From Macrostomum hystrix (lineage: Eukaryota; Animalia; Platyhelminthes): a DNA stretch of 64,000 nucleotides. Below the pieces are notes generated by a model. The model was not told the origin of the DNA. It saw only the letters and a program-made list of their open reading frames with translations, and searched no databases. The stretch spans positions 16,616,001 through 16,680,000 of the forward strand of contig CATNEN010000001.1 of assembly GCA_950097015.1 (NCBI GenBank). The letters are read 5' to 3'. The position numbers and the translations under genes are program-made. Positions within the stretch are counted from its first letter, which is position 1, and every line of letters starts with the position of its first letter. This document shows, in pieces, positions 25,188-42,997 of this stretch.

Positions 25188-28100
25188 ATGCTGAAATATT
25201 GAAAATTTACCGGATTGCAACTGATAAAACAAAGAGGCAGAGAACTGTGAGAGCTTTTATGTGGCTTTAATCTGGTTTTGAGTTAACTCTAGTTAAAATA
25301 GTGATTATACTCACAAAACCACGTTTATATAGCATATTTATATATACTATCTTTTTCGATTTAGCCTTAAGCAATTATTTACATTTGGCAAGTAGGAAAT
25401 CGATATCAATAATATTAAAACTGATATCGATTTATTCGTTACTAGCCTGGCTGTTGCTATGGTAACCACTATATCTACCATTCACATACCTATTACACTT
25501 GTTGCGCCGTTTAATTATAATGCTTATTTGTCATAGCCCATCGCACATCATGTTTATTCTAGCTATTAACAGCATGATTGAAGTAACTTGATAAAACGCA
25601 AGTAGTTCTGTTGTAAAGACAATTATTTACTAATCGATTGAATGTTTGATCCACTATGATATGAAATTAAAATTTTTCAAATTAAGACAGTTAAAAGATG
25701 AAAGTTCAGTAAAATAACTTAATGACGTTTCCATTTCGATCATGCTTTGTATGAGTAATAACTACGTTTATCTTATCGAAAGGCAAGATTTTATTATTCT
25801 AAAATACAGTTGTAAAATATGCAAAGTGAGGTGATATTGTAAAACGGATATCATTATCAATAATAGAATTCAGAAAAATTCACAGCTGCATAAGTACAGT
25901 ACTAGTTGTTAGAACCCAAAATGTTTAAATTGTCTACGGATCGTTTAAACAAATAGGCTCATTTTTGGATTCTGTTGAAAATATGTTTCAGTTCCTGTAA
26001 GGGCAATTATTTTAAGAATATTAATAATTTTAGTTTTAAGTTACTTTCTGATAATAATAATAAGTTTTTAGTTGTGGAATTGTTACGAATTGCTATATTA
26101 TTTGACGCATCGCTTCATGTAACTGACAGGATTGTAATTAAATAATTCTGTAGCCTTTTGCCGCTTAATTTTTTAATATGCATACGCATATATAGTTACA
26201 GTACTGTTTTATTAAAATTTCCTCTTTAAAATAGACGTTGTCATGGCTTAATAGCATCGTACACCACATTAATGTTTTATAATCTGTCATATTTTGCTTC
26301 TGCGTGTTACAAAAATGCACGCTTGTTCGTCCCTTTTGTTACGATTAAGTACATGCTTCGCTCGAAGCGGGAAAAAAGTGCTTTTTGGCGTTTTTTGCGA
26401 AAAAAACAATTTTCGAATTGTTCAGTAAGTAGATGATGAGTTTTTGTGATTTAATATTTCCGCCAGTACTAATTTCTTGTGATTTGTCATTATTGCTACT
26501 TGTCGCTGTCATACTATACACAACATTGTATTGATTGTTTTTATTTATAGCCACGCGGCTTTTTTATAGACTAATTATGGCCTTCAACGTATTACTACTG
26601 TGCAGCTATACATAATGTAATTTGTTTATAATTTTAGCAATAACCCGCAGTCTCCTACTTTTCCTTTGCACTTTTAATTATTTAATTAAATTAAATGAGC
26701 AGTACAGAATTTCAGAAGGCTCAAATATTTTAACGCCAGCGTCCTTAACCGTAAATACATACCAGCATGTAATTTCAACAGGCACATTGTAAAATTTCAG
26801 CCATAAAAAACGAAAGTTCTTATTTGCTTTTTAAATTTTCTGTCAGAGCCCCAATGCCAAATGAAACTGCTTTAGGCTCCATGAAGTTTTGCGCACTATT
26901 TTGTTTCTTTTTCAATCCTAAGTTTGAGCTCTGAAGTTTGAGCACGATTTTGTTTCTTTTTTTTAATCTTAAAAGACCTTTTTGCAAGGACAACTTTGTA
27001 ACTAGAGCTTGATTTTTCTAAATATCCGGAATGATGTTTCTTTTTTGTTTCTTTTCTTGTTCTAGAATTTTCTTTGCAGAGGGTGGAAAACAACAAAGTG
27101 GAAAGCTGGAACGCTGTGGCAAAATGAATTTTCGATTTTTTTTCTCTGCGAACTGATAAAAATAAGCCACAAGTTTTCCCATTTTGTTTAAACTCTCAGG
27201 CAATTCTCAATGTTCGTAATGTTGTCGCATTGGGTCTACAATACAAATTACTATTCAATGAACCTTTTATAAAGCAGTTCTGGTGGCAGAAGCGATTCTG
27301 GATTGTTGTCTCGTTTGCTATCTGCACTCAAATAAAAAATGTCACTGACATTAAAAAAACAAGCGCATCCGTTATTGTCCCCCTGTCCGCTTTGCTTCGG
27401 TGTCTATTTATTGGATCCAGGACTTTTCACTGCAATAAAAAACTAAAAATTGCTTTTTTAACTTTAACCGGCAACTTGAATTTTTTAATTTCCATTTTCT
27501 CTGTAATTTTAAATACTTATAACACAATATTTCAATAGAGCTTTGATCTCTTATTATTGCTGCTAAATGTTTAATAAAGCTGGTTTATTAAGCAAGGAAA
27601 CGACTTTAAATCTCATTTATCAATGCAGTTTTCTCTCTTTGTTGACAATACAGTTTTTATAAGAAACTCTGGCCATTGTGCCGATTATTGAAAACGAGCA
27701 TTTTAATGGACTATTTATAGACGACAATAACGACAGCATAGAGTATCGAGTAATCAAACATAAATGACATCGTCACACTTGCATCTCAGTGCTGGATAGA
27801 AGTGGCAAATTTACAGACTGTAGAAATAGGAAAATCCTGAGGAACCGTGATATGACATTTGCGAACCGACTGCAAAAGCGGCTGAACCATTGCGACTGTG
27901 TGAATTTGTTGTGTGTCTATGAGAAAAAAAAGTGCACGAAAAAATTTCCCGGCCTACTGAAAACAGAAACGTCAACAGCTGGTTTGGAAATCGAATACGA
28001 GGATTAGAGATGAAAAAGCCGCGACCCACAGATCACAGGCGCGCATTAATTTCTGCTTCGCAACATAAATCCGAAATGAAAAATGCGATTAGCAAAATTT

Positions 28101-28889
28101 ATGGAACTCGGCGGCAGATGTAGAATCGTGGAGGAGTGTCCCTGCCTTGCTGATCTGTTGTATCCGTTAAACAAATCCAAATGGTTATCGGGTCAGGCCA
28201 CAGCGAATTGATTCATTTTGCGCATGCCAAACTGGCATACATCGCATTTGTTTGATGAATTGAATTCACTGCAGCTCAAATTTGTACTATTAAATTCTTT
28301 CTTTTTCTCTGGTGTTGAAGAGGCCTGTTAGAAGCCAGTTTTTTGTCCCTGAAGGCCACAGATTGAGTGCATGTACTACAGTGGCTACTGCTAGTAGAAA
28401 ACGATATTAGTGCGAATACTAAAATATGATTTCTTAGTGGGGCTTGTCAATGCGTTTTCAGTTTCGCAACGAGCTCGAAAACATTTTCCGTCTGGAATTC
28501 GGTATATGCACAAAAAGCGTGTGAAATGTGTGGGAAAAAATGCTTTTACTCTATAAAATGTTGATTCCGATAGTTTACTAAGAGACTGAAACTCCCTCTC
28601 TCTCTCTCTATACAACGTTTGTCGGTCTTTAAGGCCAACTGTTGTATTGGGTCCAATTTTCGGTACAACATGCCTATATTAGCAGTGTGCAGTGTCTCGA
28701 GTTTGTTTACCATTCATGCGCACAAATGTACACCCACTGACTGTGAACTGCCAACATTCACTGTGATGACGACTAGCAGAAACTGTTTTAATTAGACTGC
28801 AGCTCACTAACAATTAAGTTTGCGGCAGGCACAGGGGTTAATTCTCAATCTGCCTACAATTATTATCCGATATTTGAATTACATCAACG

Positions 28890-31800
28890 ATGGCCAATCA
28901 GGGTCCCAGCTATGGTCTCAGCGCGGAATTGGAAAAGAAGGTAAATATTTTCCTTTGTTCGATTCTAAAAACATCAGAAGTATATCTTGGATATTACACC
29001 AAATATGAATAATGATTGCAGGAGGGCTGCGGGCAATGGCACATCATTTGGTGATAGTAGACCCGCAGCCAGCGAGGAGGCAATTCTGCCCATTTCGATG
29101 ACTCCTGAGCACACACGCACACAGATACTGTACGCAGGCACACGCTCACACAGGTGTGTACATCTGCCCTGACTTTCTCATCGTCAGGCAGTGCACACTC
29201 TCACTGTGCCTTGGAGGTTGGCTCTCGAGGGCGTAAATTACACGACAAGCCCCCAAGCCTTCTCTCCGCGGCTGCGCCTCAAATGAATGTGGCCTCGACG
29301 CGGAATCGAACTCAGGCACTTTGTTGCGAGAGGCAAACGCATTAACGGCTCCACTCGTGAATACTGTAACAATGATAGTAATATTTGATGGGGCTGTGAG
29401 CACTGAGCATTCTTTGGCGAAAGTCGACCTAAAGCCTGTGAGGAGGCAAATCCGCTTATTCCACTAATTCCACTCAGACACCGTACGCAGGCACACACTC
29501 ACACAGGTGTGTACACCTGCCCTGACATTCTGATCGACAGGCAGTGTATACACTCTCGCAATGCCTTGGGCCTTGTTCGATTGGAAAATCGAACTATTTG
29601 TAGCCAGAAAGCTAAATTTACAAAAAATATCCAAATCTAAAAAACAATGCTCATACTCACAGCGTCGCGAGAAGCGAGACCCAGCTCAGGAGGCGCAGGT
29701 TCTGGACTGGATCGAAGCGGTCTTGCAACAACGCCTGGACCGACACAAGCCCTACGAAGATCTGCTGTGGGACGGTGAGTGAATCAATTATTCATGTCGG
29801 TTGCATTCAGGTCCTATCTATAGTCTAAGTAGCACTAATAGAATTCTCTATTTAGACTTTCTAGCCGTAGTTGCATGTTCATCAGATTGTTGATCAGTAG
29901 CGGACAATCTGCGCGCTGAATACTTTAAGAGGGCTTCTTAGTGCCTGACAAGTGGGTGCAACTAAGGACGTCCTGTCCGGAAGAATGATAACAAGAGACT
30001 GCTTCGGAGTTTCTTAGTAATTCGGAAAGCTTTCACTTCCAAAGCTTCGTTCTGGAAGTCTCAGATTCTGGAAGTTTCGGTTCTGGAAGTTTCGGGTTCT
30101 GGAAGTTTCGGTTCTGGAAGTTTCGGGTTCTGGAAGTTTCGGTTCTGGAAGTTTCGGGTTCTGGAAGTTTCGGGTTCTGGAAGTCTCAGATTCTGGAAGT
30201 TTCGGGTTCTGGAAGTTTCGGATTCTGGAAGTCTCGGATTCTGGAAGTTTCAGATTCTGGAAGTTTCGGATTCTGGAAGTTTCGGGTTCTGGAAGTTTCG
30301 GGTTCTGGAAGTCTCAGATTCTGGAAGTTTCGGGTTCTGGAAGTTTCGGATTCTGGAAGTCTCGGATTCTGGAAGTTTCGGATTCTGGAAGTTTCGGATT
30401 CTGGAAGTTTCGGATTCTGGAAGTTTCGGATTCTGGAAGTTTCGGATTCTGGAAGTCTCAGATTCTGGAAGTTTCAGGTTCTGGAAGTTTCGGGTTCTGG
30501 AAGTTTCGGGTTCTGGAAGTCTCAGATTCTGGAAGTTTCGGTTCTGGAAGTTTCGGGTTCTGGAAGTATCGGGTTCTGGAAGTCTCAGATTCTGGAAGTT
30601 TCGGATTCTGGAAGTCTCAGATTCTGGAAGTTTCGGGTTCTGGAAGTTTCGGGTTCTGGAAGTTTCGGGTTCTGGAAGTTTCGGATTCTGGAAGTTTCGG
30701 GTTCTGGAAGATTCGGATTCTGGAAGTTTCGGATTCTAGAAGTTTCGGGTTCTGGAAGTTTCGGGTTCTGGAAGTTTCGGATTCTGGAAGTTTCGGATTC
30801 TAGAAGTTTCGGGTTCTGGAAGTTTCGGGTTCTGGAAGTTTCGGGTTCTGGAAGTTTCGGATTCTGGAAGATTCGGGTCCAGGAAGTTTCGGGTTCTGGA
30901 AGTTTCGGGTTGACCCGAGTTCGCGTCCCTGTCCGCAGGCATTCTGCTGTGCAAGCTCATCAATACGATTCGGCCTGGCAGCGTGAAGCGAATTCACGAG
31001 GGCACTAAAATGCCATTCAAGCTCATGGAGAATATTGACAACTTCCTGAAGGCCCTGACTGCCTTCGGGGTGCCGTCGTCTGACCTTTTTCAGACCATCG
31101 ATCTGTTTGAGAAGAAGGACCTCTGCCAGGTCACTCAGTGCATCTTCGCTCTTGGCCGCACGGTGAATCTCGGATTGACAACTTTGAATTTAAATGTCAA
31201 TGTTTAACAAGAAGACACACCTGTTTAACTAGAAGACACACCTGTTTAACTAGAAGACACACCTGTTTAACTAGAAGACACACCTGTTTAACTAGAAGAC
31301 ACACCTGTTTAACTAGAAGACACACCTGTTTAACTAGAAGACACACCTGTTTAACTAGAAGACACACCTGTTTAACTAGAAGACACACCTGTTTAACTAG
31401 AAGACACACCTGTTTAACTTAAAGACACCTGTTTAACTAGAAGACACACCTGTTTGAAAAGAAGACACACCTGTTTAACTTAAAGACACACCTTTTTAAC
31501 TAGAATACACCTGTTTGAAAAGAAGACACACCTGTTTAACTAGAAGACACACCTGTTTGAAAAGAAGACACACCTGTTTGAAAAGAAGACACACCTGTTT
31601 AACTTAAAGACACACCTGTTTAACTAGAATACACCTGTTTGATAAGAAGACACACCTTTTTAACTTAAAGGCACACCTGTTTAACTTAAAGACACACCTG
31701 TTTAACTTGAAGACACACCTGTTTAACTAGAATACACCTGTTTGATAAGAAGACACACCTGTTTAACTATAAGACACACCTGTTCCACTAGAAGACACAC

Positions 31801-32237
31801 CTGTTTAACTTAAAGACACACCTGTTTAACTAGAAGACACACCTGTTTAACTTAAAGACACACCTGTTTAACTTAAAGACACACCTGTTTAACTTAAAGA
31901 CACACCTGTTTAACTTAAAGACACACCTGTTTAACTAGAAGACACACCTGTTTAACTTAAAGACACACCTGTTTAACTAGAAGCCGCTCTCATGTCTAAT
32001 GACACAAATTCTAAAACTCGCAATAATGACTCAGAACCTGTCAATCTGCAGTGCCAGGTGAAAGCTGACTACAACGGACCCATCTTGGGTCCCAAACTGT
32101 CTGAGGAGAATCGCCGTACCTTCACTGAAGAGCAGATCAACGCCAACAAGACGGTGATCGGCCTGCAGGCGGGTTACAACAAGGGCGCCAGTCAGGCTGG
32201 AATGAGTTTCGGAAAAGCCCGCAAAATTCTCGACTAG
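28890..32237 (+). CDS. Myophilin / muscle protein 20 / transgelin-like calponin-family protein, ~190 aa
   Basis: Exons 28890-28940, 29663-29774, 30939-31162, 32052-32237. MANQGPSYGLS N-terminus, CH domain (DGILLCKLINTIRPGSV, FKLMENIDNFL, DLFQTIDLFEKKD) and calponin repeat IGLQAGYNKGASQAGMSFG. Confidence 0.95.
29007..29570 (-). mobile_element. SINE family A copy (29007-29355) plus adjacent diverged copy (~29390-29570)
   Basis: Reverse-complement match to the family body and head. Confidence 0.82.
30050..30910. repeat. 16-bp minisatellite (TTCTGGAAGTTTCGGG/A)n, intronic
   Basis: About 54 units ending ~28 bp before the splice acceptor. Confidence 0.95.
31200..31984. repeat. 21-bp minisatellite (ACACACCTGTTTAACTAGAAG)n, intronic
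   Basis: About 37 units are visible. Confidence 0.95.
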
Positions 32238-32937
32238 ATCGAGAAGATGACGCAGATGAAGAGTTTGACTCAAACGACTCAATACGGACTCAAAATGGAA
32301 TAAAGTTTCTACTAGATCGCACTGAAATTTCGCATCTAAGCCTAATTTATATAAATTGAAATAGAATTGGAACACCAAGATTTAGTACAATATTTACATT
32401 GCGCTGAACTCAAAGTAACTATGCTTTGCATGCACTTTTATTTCATAATAAATATACGGGTAACGCAATGTACCGCTCGTAATCTCAGTAGTACTCATGA
32501 GTAAGCTTGTTGTTGTTGTTATAGTTATAGCATAGTTACAGGTAGCTGTAACTGCCTACAGCTAGGTAGACCCACACTCAAACAGATGTGTACATCCGCC
32601 CTGACTTTCTCATCCGTGCCAGACAACACTTAAACGGAATAACGGAAGACAATAAGCAAAGAGGTGAGATTTTATTAATGAAGAAATTATTCAAATAGCA
32701 TTGTGATAAGCAAATTATCTACAGTTTTACTCTCCGGGATTGCGCAAATAAAAATAGAGTGAAACATCACCGTTCGCTTGAGTATACTTCTGTACTATCC
32801 ATTTTCTTGTAAATAAAACTGCCTTTTTGAGAGCAGTCCGCCAGCCGCATGTAAATTCTACCTGGGGTCTAATGATGCTAAATCCCCAATTGATCGCATT
32901 GAAATACTTCAGAGACAGGAAAATAGATCATTGGAAA

Positions 32938-34566
32938 TCATGCTATCGAAGATCGCGAAACCTTGATTGACTTATCAGCCTTCTTGCAACCATAAACTAC
33001 CAGGTCATATATGAGCTCGATGAGCTCACATAAGGTGAGCAAGGACATGCCCAGGTAGATGCCCATAATGCCGCCAACGTCTGAGATGAAGTTCTGCAGT
33101 CCGTAGTCGATGGAGAAAGTCACCTTGTCGCTGAGTACTCGGTGAGGCTTGAAGTGCACTTTCAGCAGGTTGCTGTACGCGTAGGCTGCCTGAGTCGAGG
33201 TGTTAGAGCTGATGAGGAAGTCCAGAGCCGGCACGCTGACGTTCCGCTCTCTCGCCAGCGCCCAGGTCTGCTTGACGGAGGTGCTCAAAAACCGAGGCAG
33301 CGAGCTCTGCGTGGGCCAGTCCGCACTGAAGCTGCTCACGGTATAGTCTAGGGTGCTGCACGGCCGCTGTGATTTGCATCTGGCGCTGGTTTCGTTCGCT
33401 ATCGAATCAGCCCTTGCGCTTAGGCTGCTGTCGCGGTAGAAGGCGAAGAAGGTGGGCTCGCCAGTGAGGTTCAGAGCGAACTTGGGTCCTCGCAGCGGCC
33501 ACGGCAGGGGACTGATGACTCCTGACAAGTTGACCAGCGCCTGGTACTGTCTGTGGTACTCATAGTAGTAGCAGTACGAGTAGCTGTACTTGTGGTCGTA
33601 CGGTGTCTGGTCGTACGGGTTCAGAAACTGTACGTCAGAGGCATCCGCTTTGCATTCGAATTGGCCATCCTTCTTCACCTGCTGGGACATGCTGATCTCA
33701 ACGGTGTGGTGCCGGCCAGGTGAGAGCGAGAACGAGTTGACAAACTCAGACGGGTACTCTCCGGGCGGTGTGAGGAACACCCGGAGGCCAGACCGTCTGT
33801 CCACTGTGTTGAAGTCTCCGACCGATAGGGACCAGTCGGACACCGGTATCGGGGTCTCCTTAGCGAAGACCGCCTCTTCAATCGGAGCTCCTGTCGAAGG
33901 CATTCCGGGAAAACTGTTGTCCAGCACCAGCGTCAGAACTAGGCCAGACGACAGGCCGCCACGCAGGATCTTGTCCTGCCAGGTCGTGTTGAAGCTCCAT
34001 CGGTAGCAGCGCAGGTACAGAGGATGATAGAAGCTGGTTGCCGGCAAGGATTTGTACTCTGTTATGCCGTTCTCGTTATTGTAAGTCAGGTCGCTAGAAA
34101 TAATGTCCTGCTCCGGCCTGTGCCCCAGCTGGTCCACCATCAGTTGGTACTGCAGCGACTGGACGTACACAAAGCTCAGCCCGAACTCCATGCTGAGTCG
34201 TTCGTCCATGTCGCTGGTCTGCGACGCAATCTGCTGGCGCAGCATCAATCGGGTCGCGCCCAGCTCGGCATTGACTTGCTGCGCCGACTTGGCATCGATG
34301 TTAGCCGAGTAACTACCGGAGAACGGGTTCTCAAAGCAGGCGTACACATCCGGGAAGATGAAGCTCAGACTGTCAGCCTCCAGCGAGGTTGTCACCTGGC
34401 GCAGCTGCAGCTTAATTACAAACTCGACGAAGCCTTTGAAGAACAGAGCAGTCATGAGCAGGAACATGAGCAGCCAGGTGCAGCGCACGTGCATAGGCTT
34501 TCCAGTCACTGTGCGCGGCAGGCCATGTGATGTGGTGTCTTGCACAGCCGAAATCACCTGCAGCAT
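32938..34566 (-). CDS. DEG/ENaC (amiloride-sensitive sodium channel family) subunit, divergent, single-exon, 542 aa
   Basis: N-terminal TTSHGLPR (HG gating motif), TM1, FPDVYACFENP (FPxxTxCN-like), GLRVFL, and TM2 FISDVGGIMGIYLGMSLLTLCELIE with a GxS filter. Confidence 0.92.
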   Translation of the reverse strand: MLQVISAVQDTTSHGLPRTVTGKPMHVRCTWLLMFLLMTALFFKGFVEFVIKLQLRQVTTSLEADSLSFIFPDVYACFENPFSGSYSANIDAKSAQQVNAELGATRLMLRQQIASQTSDMDERLSMEFGLSFVYVQSLQYQLMVDQLGHRPEQDIISSDLTYNNENGITEYKSLPATSFYHPLYLRCYRWSFNTTWQDKILRGGLSSGLVLTLVLDNSFPGMPSTGAPIEEAVFAKETPIPVSDWSLSVGDFNTVDRRSGLRVFLTPPGEYPSEFVNSFSLSPGRHHTVEISMSQQVKKDGQFECKADASDVQFLNPYDQTPYDHKYSYSYCYYYEYHRQYQALVNLSGVISPLPWPLRGPKFALNLTGEPTFFAFYRDSSLSARADSIANETSARCKSQRPCSTLDYTVSSFSADWPTQSSLPRFLSTSVKQTWALARERNVSVPALDFLISSNTSTQAAYAYSNLLKVHFKPHRVLSDKVTFSIDYGLQNFISDVGGIMGIYLGMSLLTLCELIELIYDLVVYGCKKADKSIKVSRSSIA

Positions 34567-36254
34567 CTCTGCGGCACGGCTGGACTCAACCTTGCAAAGT
34601 CTGCCGCTGGCTCACGAACAGCTCCCTGTTTCCATTTTAAGATCAGCTTTTGAGCGGATGAATCTACTCACCAATTTCTACCCTAAACCGCGCCCACTAG
34701 AGGGAACTTATCAGGCAGAGCCAATCAGAGTTAGGGGTGGCTAAGCCATAGAGCTCTGAATCTAGAGACCGCCAGACCCCCATTTTCCGGACCAGTATGG
34801 GCTGATTGGCTGTTCCGAAAATACACTGGGCAGATAGGAAACTCTGATGCACTACTTGAAGAAAAACACGGATAAGTTCTGTATTGTGCAATAGATTTTC
34901 AAAGTGACTGTTTCATTCGAAAGCTGAATAAATTCTCTACATTTTAGTTAAAGCTTGTGCGTCTAGCTGTTTTAGCTGGTGAGCTGTGCTTAAAAAAGTT
35001 TAAGGAAGACAATAATTTTCATCTTCCAGACGTAAACTGAAAAAGTTGTGATGCAGAAACCTTTCTTATATTAAGCTTTTTTAATAAGTATTTTAGTTCA
35101 TTCGACAGGCATTGATGTTTTCTACAACTTAAGCGACATGTCGCTAAGTCAGGCGATTAATAAAAGTGATTTCTGCAACACAAAGTGAGCTGGTCTCGAA
35201 GCCTCGGTCCGTTGCTGGCCATTGTCCACGCGCCTTCCGCCCAAGAGTTTATTATGCATACTGAGCAAAGTTTCAGTGGCGGCTAGGAAGATCTGATAAT
35301 CAATAAACTGCTCAGAGTCGCAGCTGTGAGCCAACTTAGTAACGAATGCGCCAATTACAGGGCGTCACCTTCTAGCAATGTGTTTCTCTACTGTTAAAAA
35401 GCCAAAATGAGAGTTAATAACAATGCTTCTCGAAAGTAAAGGATTATTCTTGTGTACTGAACACGGTTCTAAAAATAACAACACAAGAGCTTGGAAGGCA
35501 CATACAAGTAAATGAAATACATTGACTGGTTTTCATATGTTATGAATCCTCCACCACGTAGTTTGTATGCGATTCGCCAAGAACCATCGCATGTGCAAAG
35601 CTGTTCAAGCTGACAGTCAACATTGGTTTAAACTAGTCTACTCTTTGCCGCCTAATTTGCATTACAGCCTATAGTATAGTGATGAAGCTAATACTCAGAG
35701 TTCACTCAGACCCAGTCAATAGACCAACTGCAAATCATGCATTGGACTCGATTGGCCTTCTAAAAACCCGGTTGTATCAGCCAAAAGTTATTATGCAGCT
35801 GCAGTTGTGTTGCCAAATTTAGTACAATGGCCGCTCGGATGAGCTCACAGCAATGAGGAGGCCATCTGTGAGCACCGTTTTCCAGACTTTAATGCCATTA
35901 GGCTGCAGAGCCTGACCAGCGACACTGGGAAGGAGAAAAAAAAACATAAAATACTCCCCTGGGGCCATATGGGCAGGCCATAAATCATCTAGCTATCGCC
36001 TTTCATCGTTAGCATCCTGTCCAGAAAAAAAGCCAAATGAGGATGTCGCTAATTGGAAAAAGGTATCGTGAGGAAATAAAAATGTATTCCTGCTTATTGC
36101 CAGTAGACCTGAATTGCTTTGCTTGCAAGCAAGAGCTTTTCACAAAGTTTCCCTACCTCATTTCAATTTTTGGCAGGTGACATGCGGCGTCGAGACATTG
36201 TGGCGAGTGAGAAATTCCCTTTTTCCTCCTCTCACTATCCTTATAATCATCTAA

Positions 36255-37730
36255 TCCCTCCTCTTACTCCACCTCTCATCTTCTCACTCCACCTCTCACC
36301 CTCTCACTCCACCACTCACCCTCTCACTCCACCTCTCACCCTCTCACTCCACCTCTCACCCTCTCACTCCACCTCTCACCCTCTCACTCCACCTCTCACC
36401 CTCTCACTTCACCTCTCACCCTCTCACTCCACCTCTCACCCTCTCACTTCACCTCTCACCATCTCACTCCACCTCTCACCCTCTCACTTCACCTCTCACC
36501 CTCTCACTCCACCTCTCACCCTCTCACTCCACCTCTCACCCTCTCACTCCACCTCTCACCCTCTCACTCCACCACTCACCCTCTCACTCCACCTCTCACC
36601 CTCTCACTCCACCTCTCACCCTCTCACTCCACCTCTCACCATCTCACTCCACCTCTCACCCTCTCACTCCACCTCTCACCCTCTCACTCCACCTCTCACC
36701 CTCTCACTCCACCTCTCACCCTCTCACTCCACCTCTCACCCTCTCACTCCACCTCTCACCCTCTCACTCCACCTCTCACCCTCTCACTTCACCTCTCACC
36801 CTCTCACTCCACCTCTCACCCTCTCACTTCACCTCTCACCATCTCACTCCACCTCTCACCCTCTCACTTCACCTCTCACCCTCTCACTCCACCTCTCACC
36901 CTCTCACTCCACCTCTCACCCTCTCACTCCACCTCTCACCCTCTCACTCCACCACTCACCCTCTCACTCCACCTCTCACCCTCTCACTCCACCTCTCACC
37001 CTCTCACTCCACCTCTCACCATCTCACTCCACCTCTCACCCTCTCACTCCACCTCTCACCCTCTCACTCCACCTCTCACCCTCTCACTCCACCTCTCACC
37101 CTCTCACTCCACCTCTCACCCTCTCACTCCACCTCTCACCCTCTCACTCCACCTCTCACCATCTCACTCCACCTCTCACCATCTCACTCCACCTCTCACC
37201 CTCTCACTCCACCACTCACCCTCTCACTCCACCTCTCACCCTCTCACTCCACCACTCACCCTCTCACTCCACCTCTCACCCTCTCACTCCACCTCTCACC
37301 CTCTCACTCCACCTCTCACCCTCTCACTCCACCTCTCACCATCTCACTCCACCTCTCACCATCTCACTCCACCTCTCACCCTCTCACTCCACCTCTCACC
37401 CTCTCACTCCACCTCTCACCCTCTCACTCCACCTCTCACCATCTCACTCCACCTCTCATCATCTCACTCCACCACTCACCCTCTCACTCCACCTCTCATC
37501 ATCTCACTCCACCTCTCATCCTCTCACTTCACCTCTCATCTTCTCACTCCACCACTCACCCTCTCACTCCACCTCTCACCCTCTCACTCCACCACTCACC
37601 CTCTCACTTCACCTCTCACCCTCTCACTCCACCTCTCATCATCTCACTCCACCTCTCATCCTCTCACTCCACCTCTCATCTTCTCACTCCACCTCTCATC
37701 CTCTCACTCCACCTCTCACCCTCTCACTCT
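36255..37730. repeat. 20-bp (2x10) pyrimidine-rich minisatellite (ACCTCTCACCCTCTCACTCC)n
   Basis: About 73 units; the 539-aa ORF is an artefact. Confidence 0.96.
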
Positions 37731-38493
37731 CAAATTGAAGATCCACAAAGGAATTAAATAATTAATCAAAAAACGAAATCACAAATTTGCTTTAATATGT
37801 TGGCTCTAGGAGAAACGCAAATTACTACTTTTAAGTAAGTGTTGCAGATTTTTAGTTAGTAAGCAAAACTGTGAAATTCACATTAATTATTATTTTGTTT
37901 TTCAGCAGAATCGCATGCGTTTCTTACGGAGAGTAGCATAATACACTTGAAATTATAAAATAGTTAACAGTGTCAGTTAAAAAATTAAGAAATAAATAAA
38001 TAAGCAAGTCAATTTGGCACACCTCTTCATACCGCTTTGTGCTGCAGTCAATGCAACCAAGATGCATTGCGGAAAGTAGTAATCTGGAATATCAACAAAT
38101 ATTTTTTTTCGAGATCGACTTTCGTAAGAATTCACATCAAAATTTATGTGCTAAATGAAAAAAATCTGACCGTGGTTTAAATTCGCGCGTAAAGTATAAC
38201 AAATTACCAAGTAGTTTTTCTAATTCCATTAGATAAAAGAGAATTAAAAAATGTAAAATTTTCCTGCATAATTTTACGAGAGAGCTGACGAAATATTTGT
38301 GCAGAGAATAATTTGTTATACTTTGCGACAGATTTAAAAGTTTCTTTTTTTACGCGCAGAAATGAAGGCTTATAATGCATTAAAACCGCAAGCGATTTGT
38401 TTTCGTAAATGTCTGTATAGTTAAAAAACTATAAATAAAGACACAAAGAAAAGTGAGTTTCTGAAATAATGAAAAATATTTAAGTTTCATTTT

Positions 38494-38955
38494 AGTCAGT
38501 CAGTCAGTCAGTCAGTCAGTCAGTCAGTCAGTCAGTCAGTCAGTCAGTCAGTCAGTCAGTCAGTCAGTCAGTCAGTCAGTCAGTCAGTCAGTCAGTCAGT
38601 CAGTCAGTCAGTCAGTCAGTCAGTCAGTCAGTCAGTCAGTCAGTCAGTCAGTCAGTCAGTCAGTCAGTCAGTCAGTCAGTCAGTCAGTCAGTCAGTCAGT
38701 CAGTCAGTCAGTCAGTCAGTCAGTCAGTCAGTCAGTCAGTCAGTCAGTCAGTCAGTCAGTCAGTCAGTCAGTCAGTCAGTCAGTCAGTCAGTCAGTCAGT
38801 CAGTCAGTCAGTCAGTCAGTCAGTCAGTCAGTCAGTCAGTCAGTCAGTCAGTCAGTCAGTCAGTCAGTCAGTCAGTCAGTCAGTCAGTCAGTCAGTCAGT
38901 CAGTCAGTCAGTCAGTCAGTCAGTCAGTCAGTCAGTCAGTCAGTCAGTCAGTCAG

Positions 38956-38963
<8 letters not shown>
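38494..38963. repeat. (CAGT)n microsatellite, ~470 bp, perfect
   Basis: Directly visible; overlaps the stop codon of the cwo-like gene. Confidence 0.98.

Positions 38964-42997
<4,034 letters not shown>

Noticed and set aside
26300-28460. Short ORFs in the AT-rich intergenic region
   Set aside because: No recognisable domains, coding bias or consistent splice phases; possibly an old transposon remnant, but unsupported.
33142-34744. Plus-strand ORFs overlapping the DEG/ENaC gene, and similar antisense ORFs over the Tc1 and CADPS exons
   Set aside because: Antisense shadows of GC-rich coding sequence.
36119-37738. 539-aa His/Pro/Ser-rich ORF and similar long ORFs at 26, 14322, 19429-20427, 43658-44891 and 45735-47744
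   Set aside because: They are translations of stop-free tandem repeats with no unique coding context.
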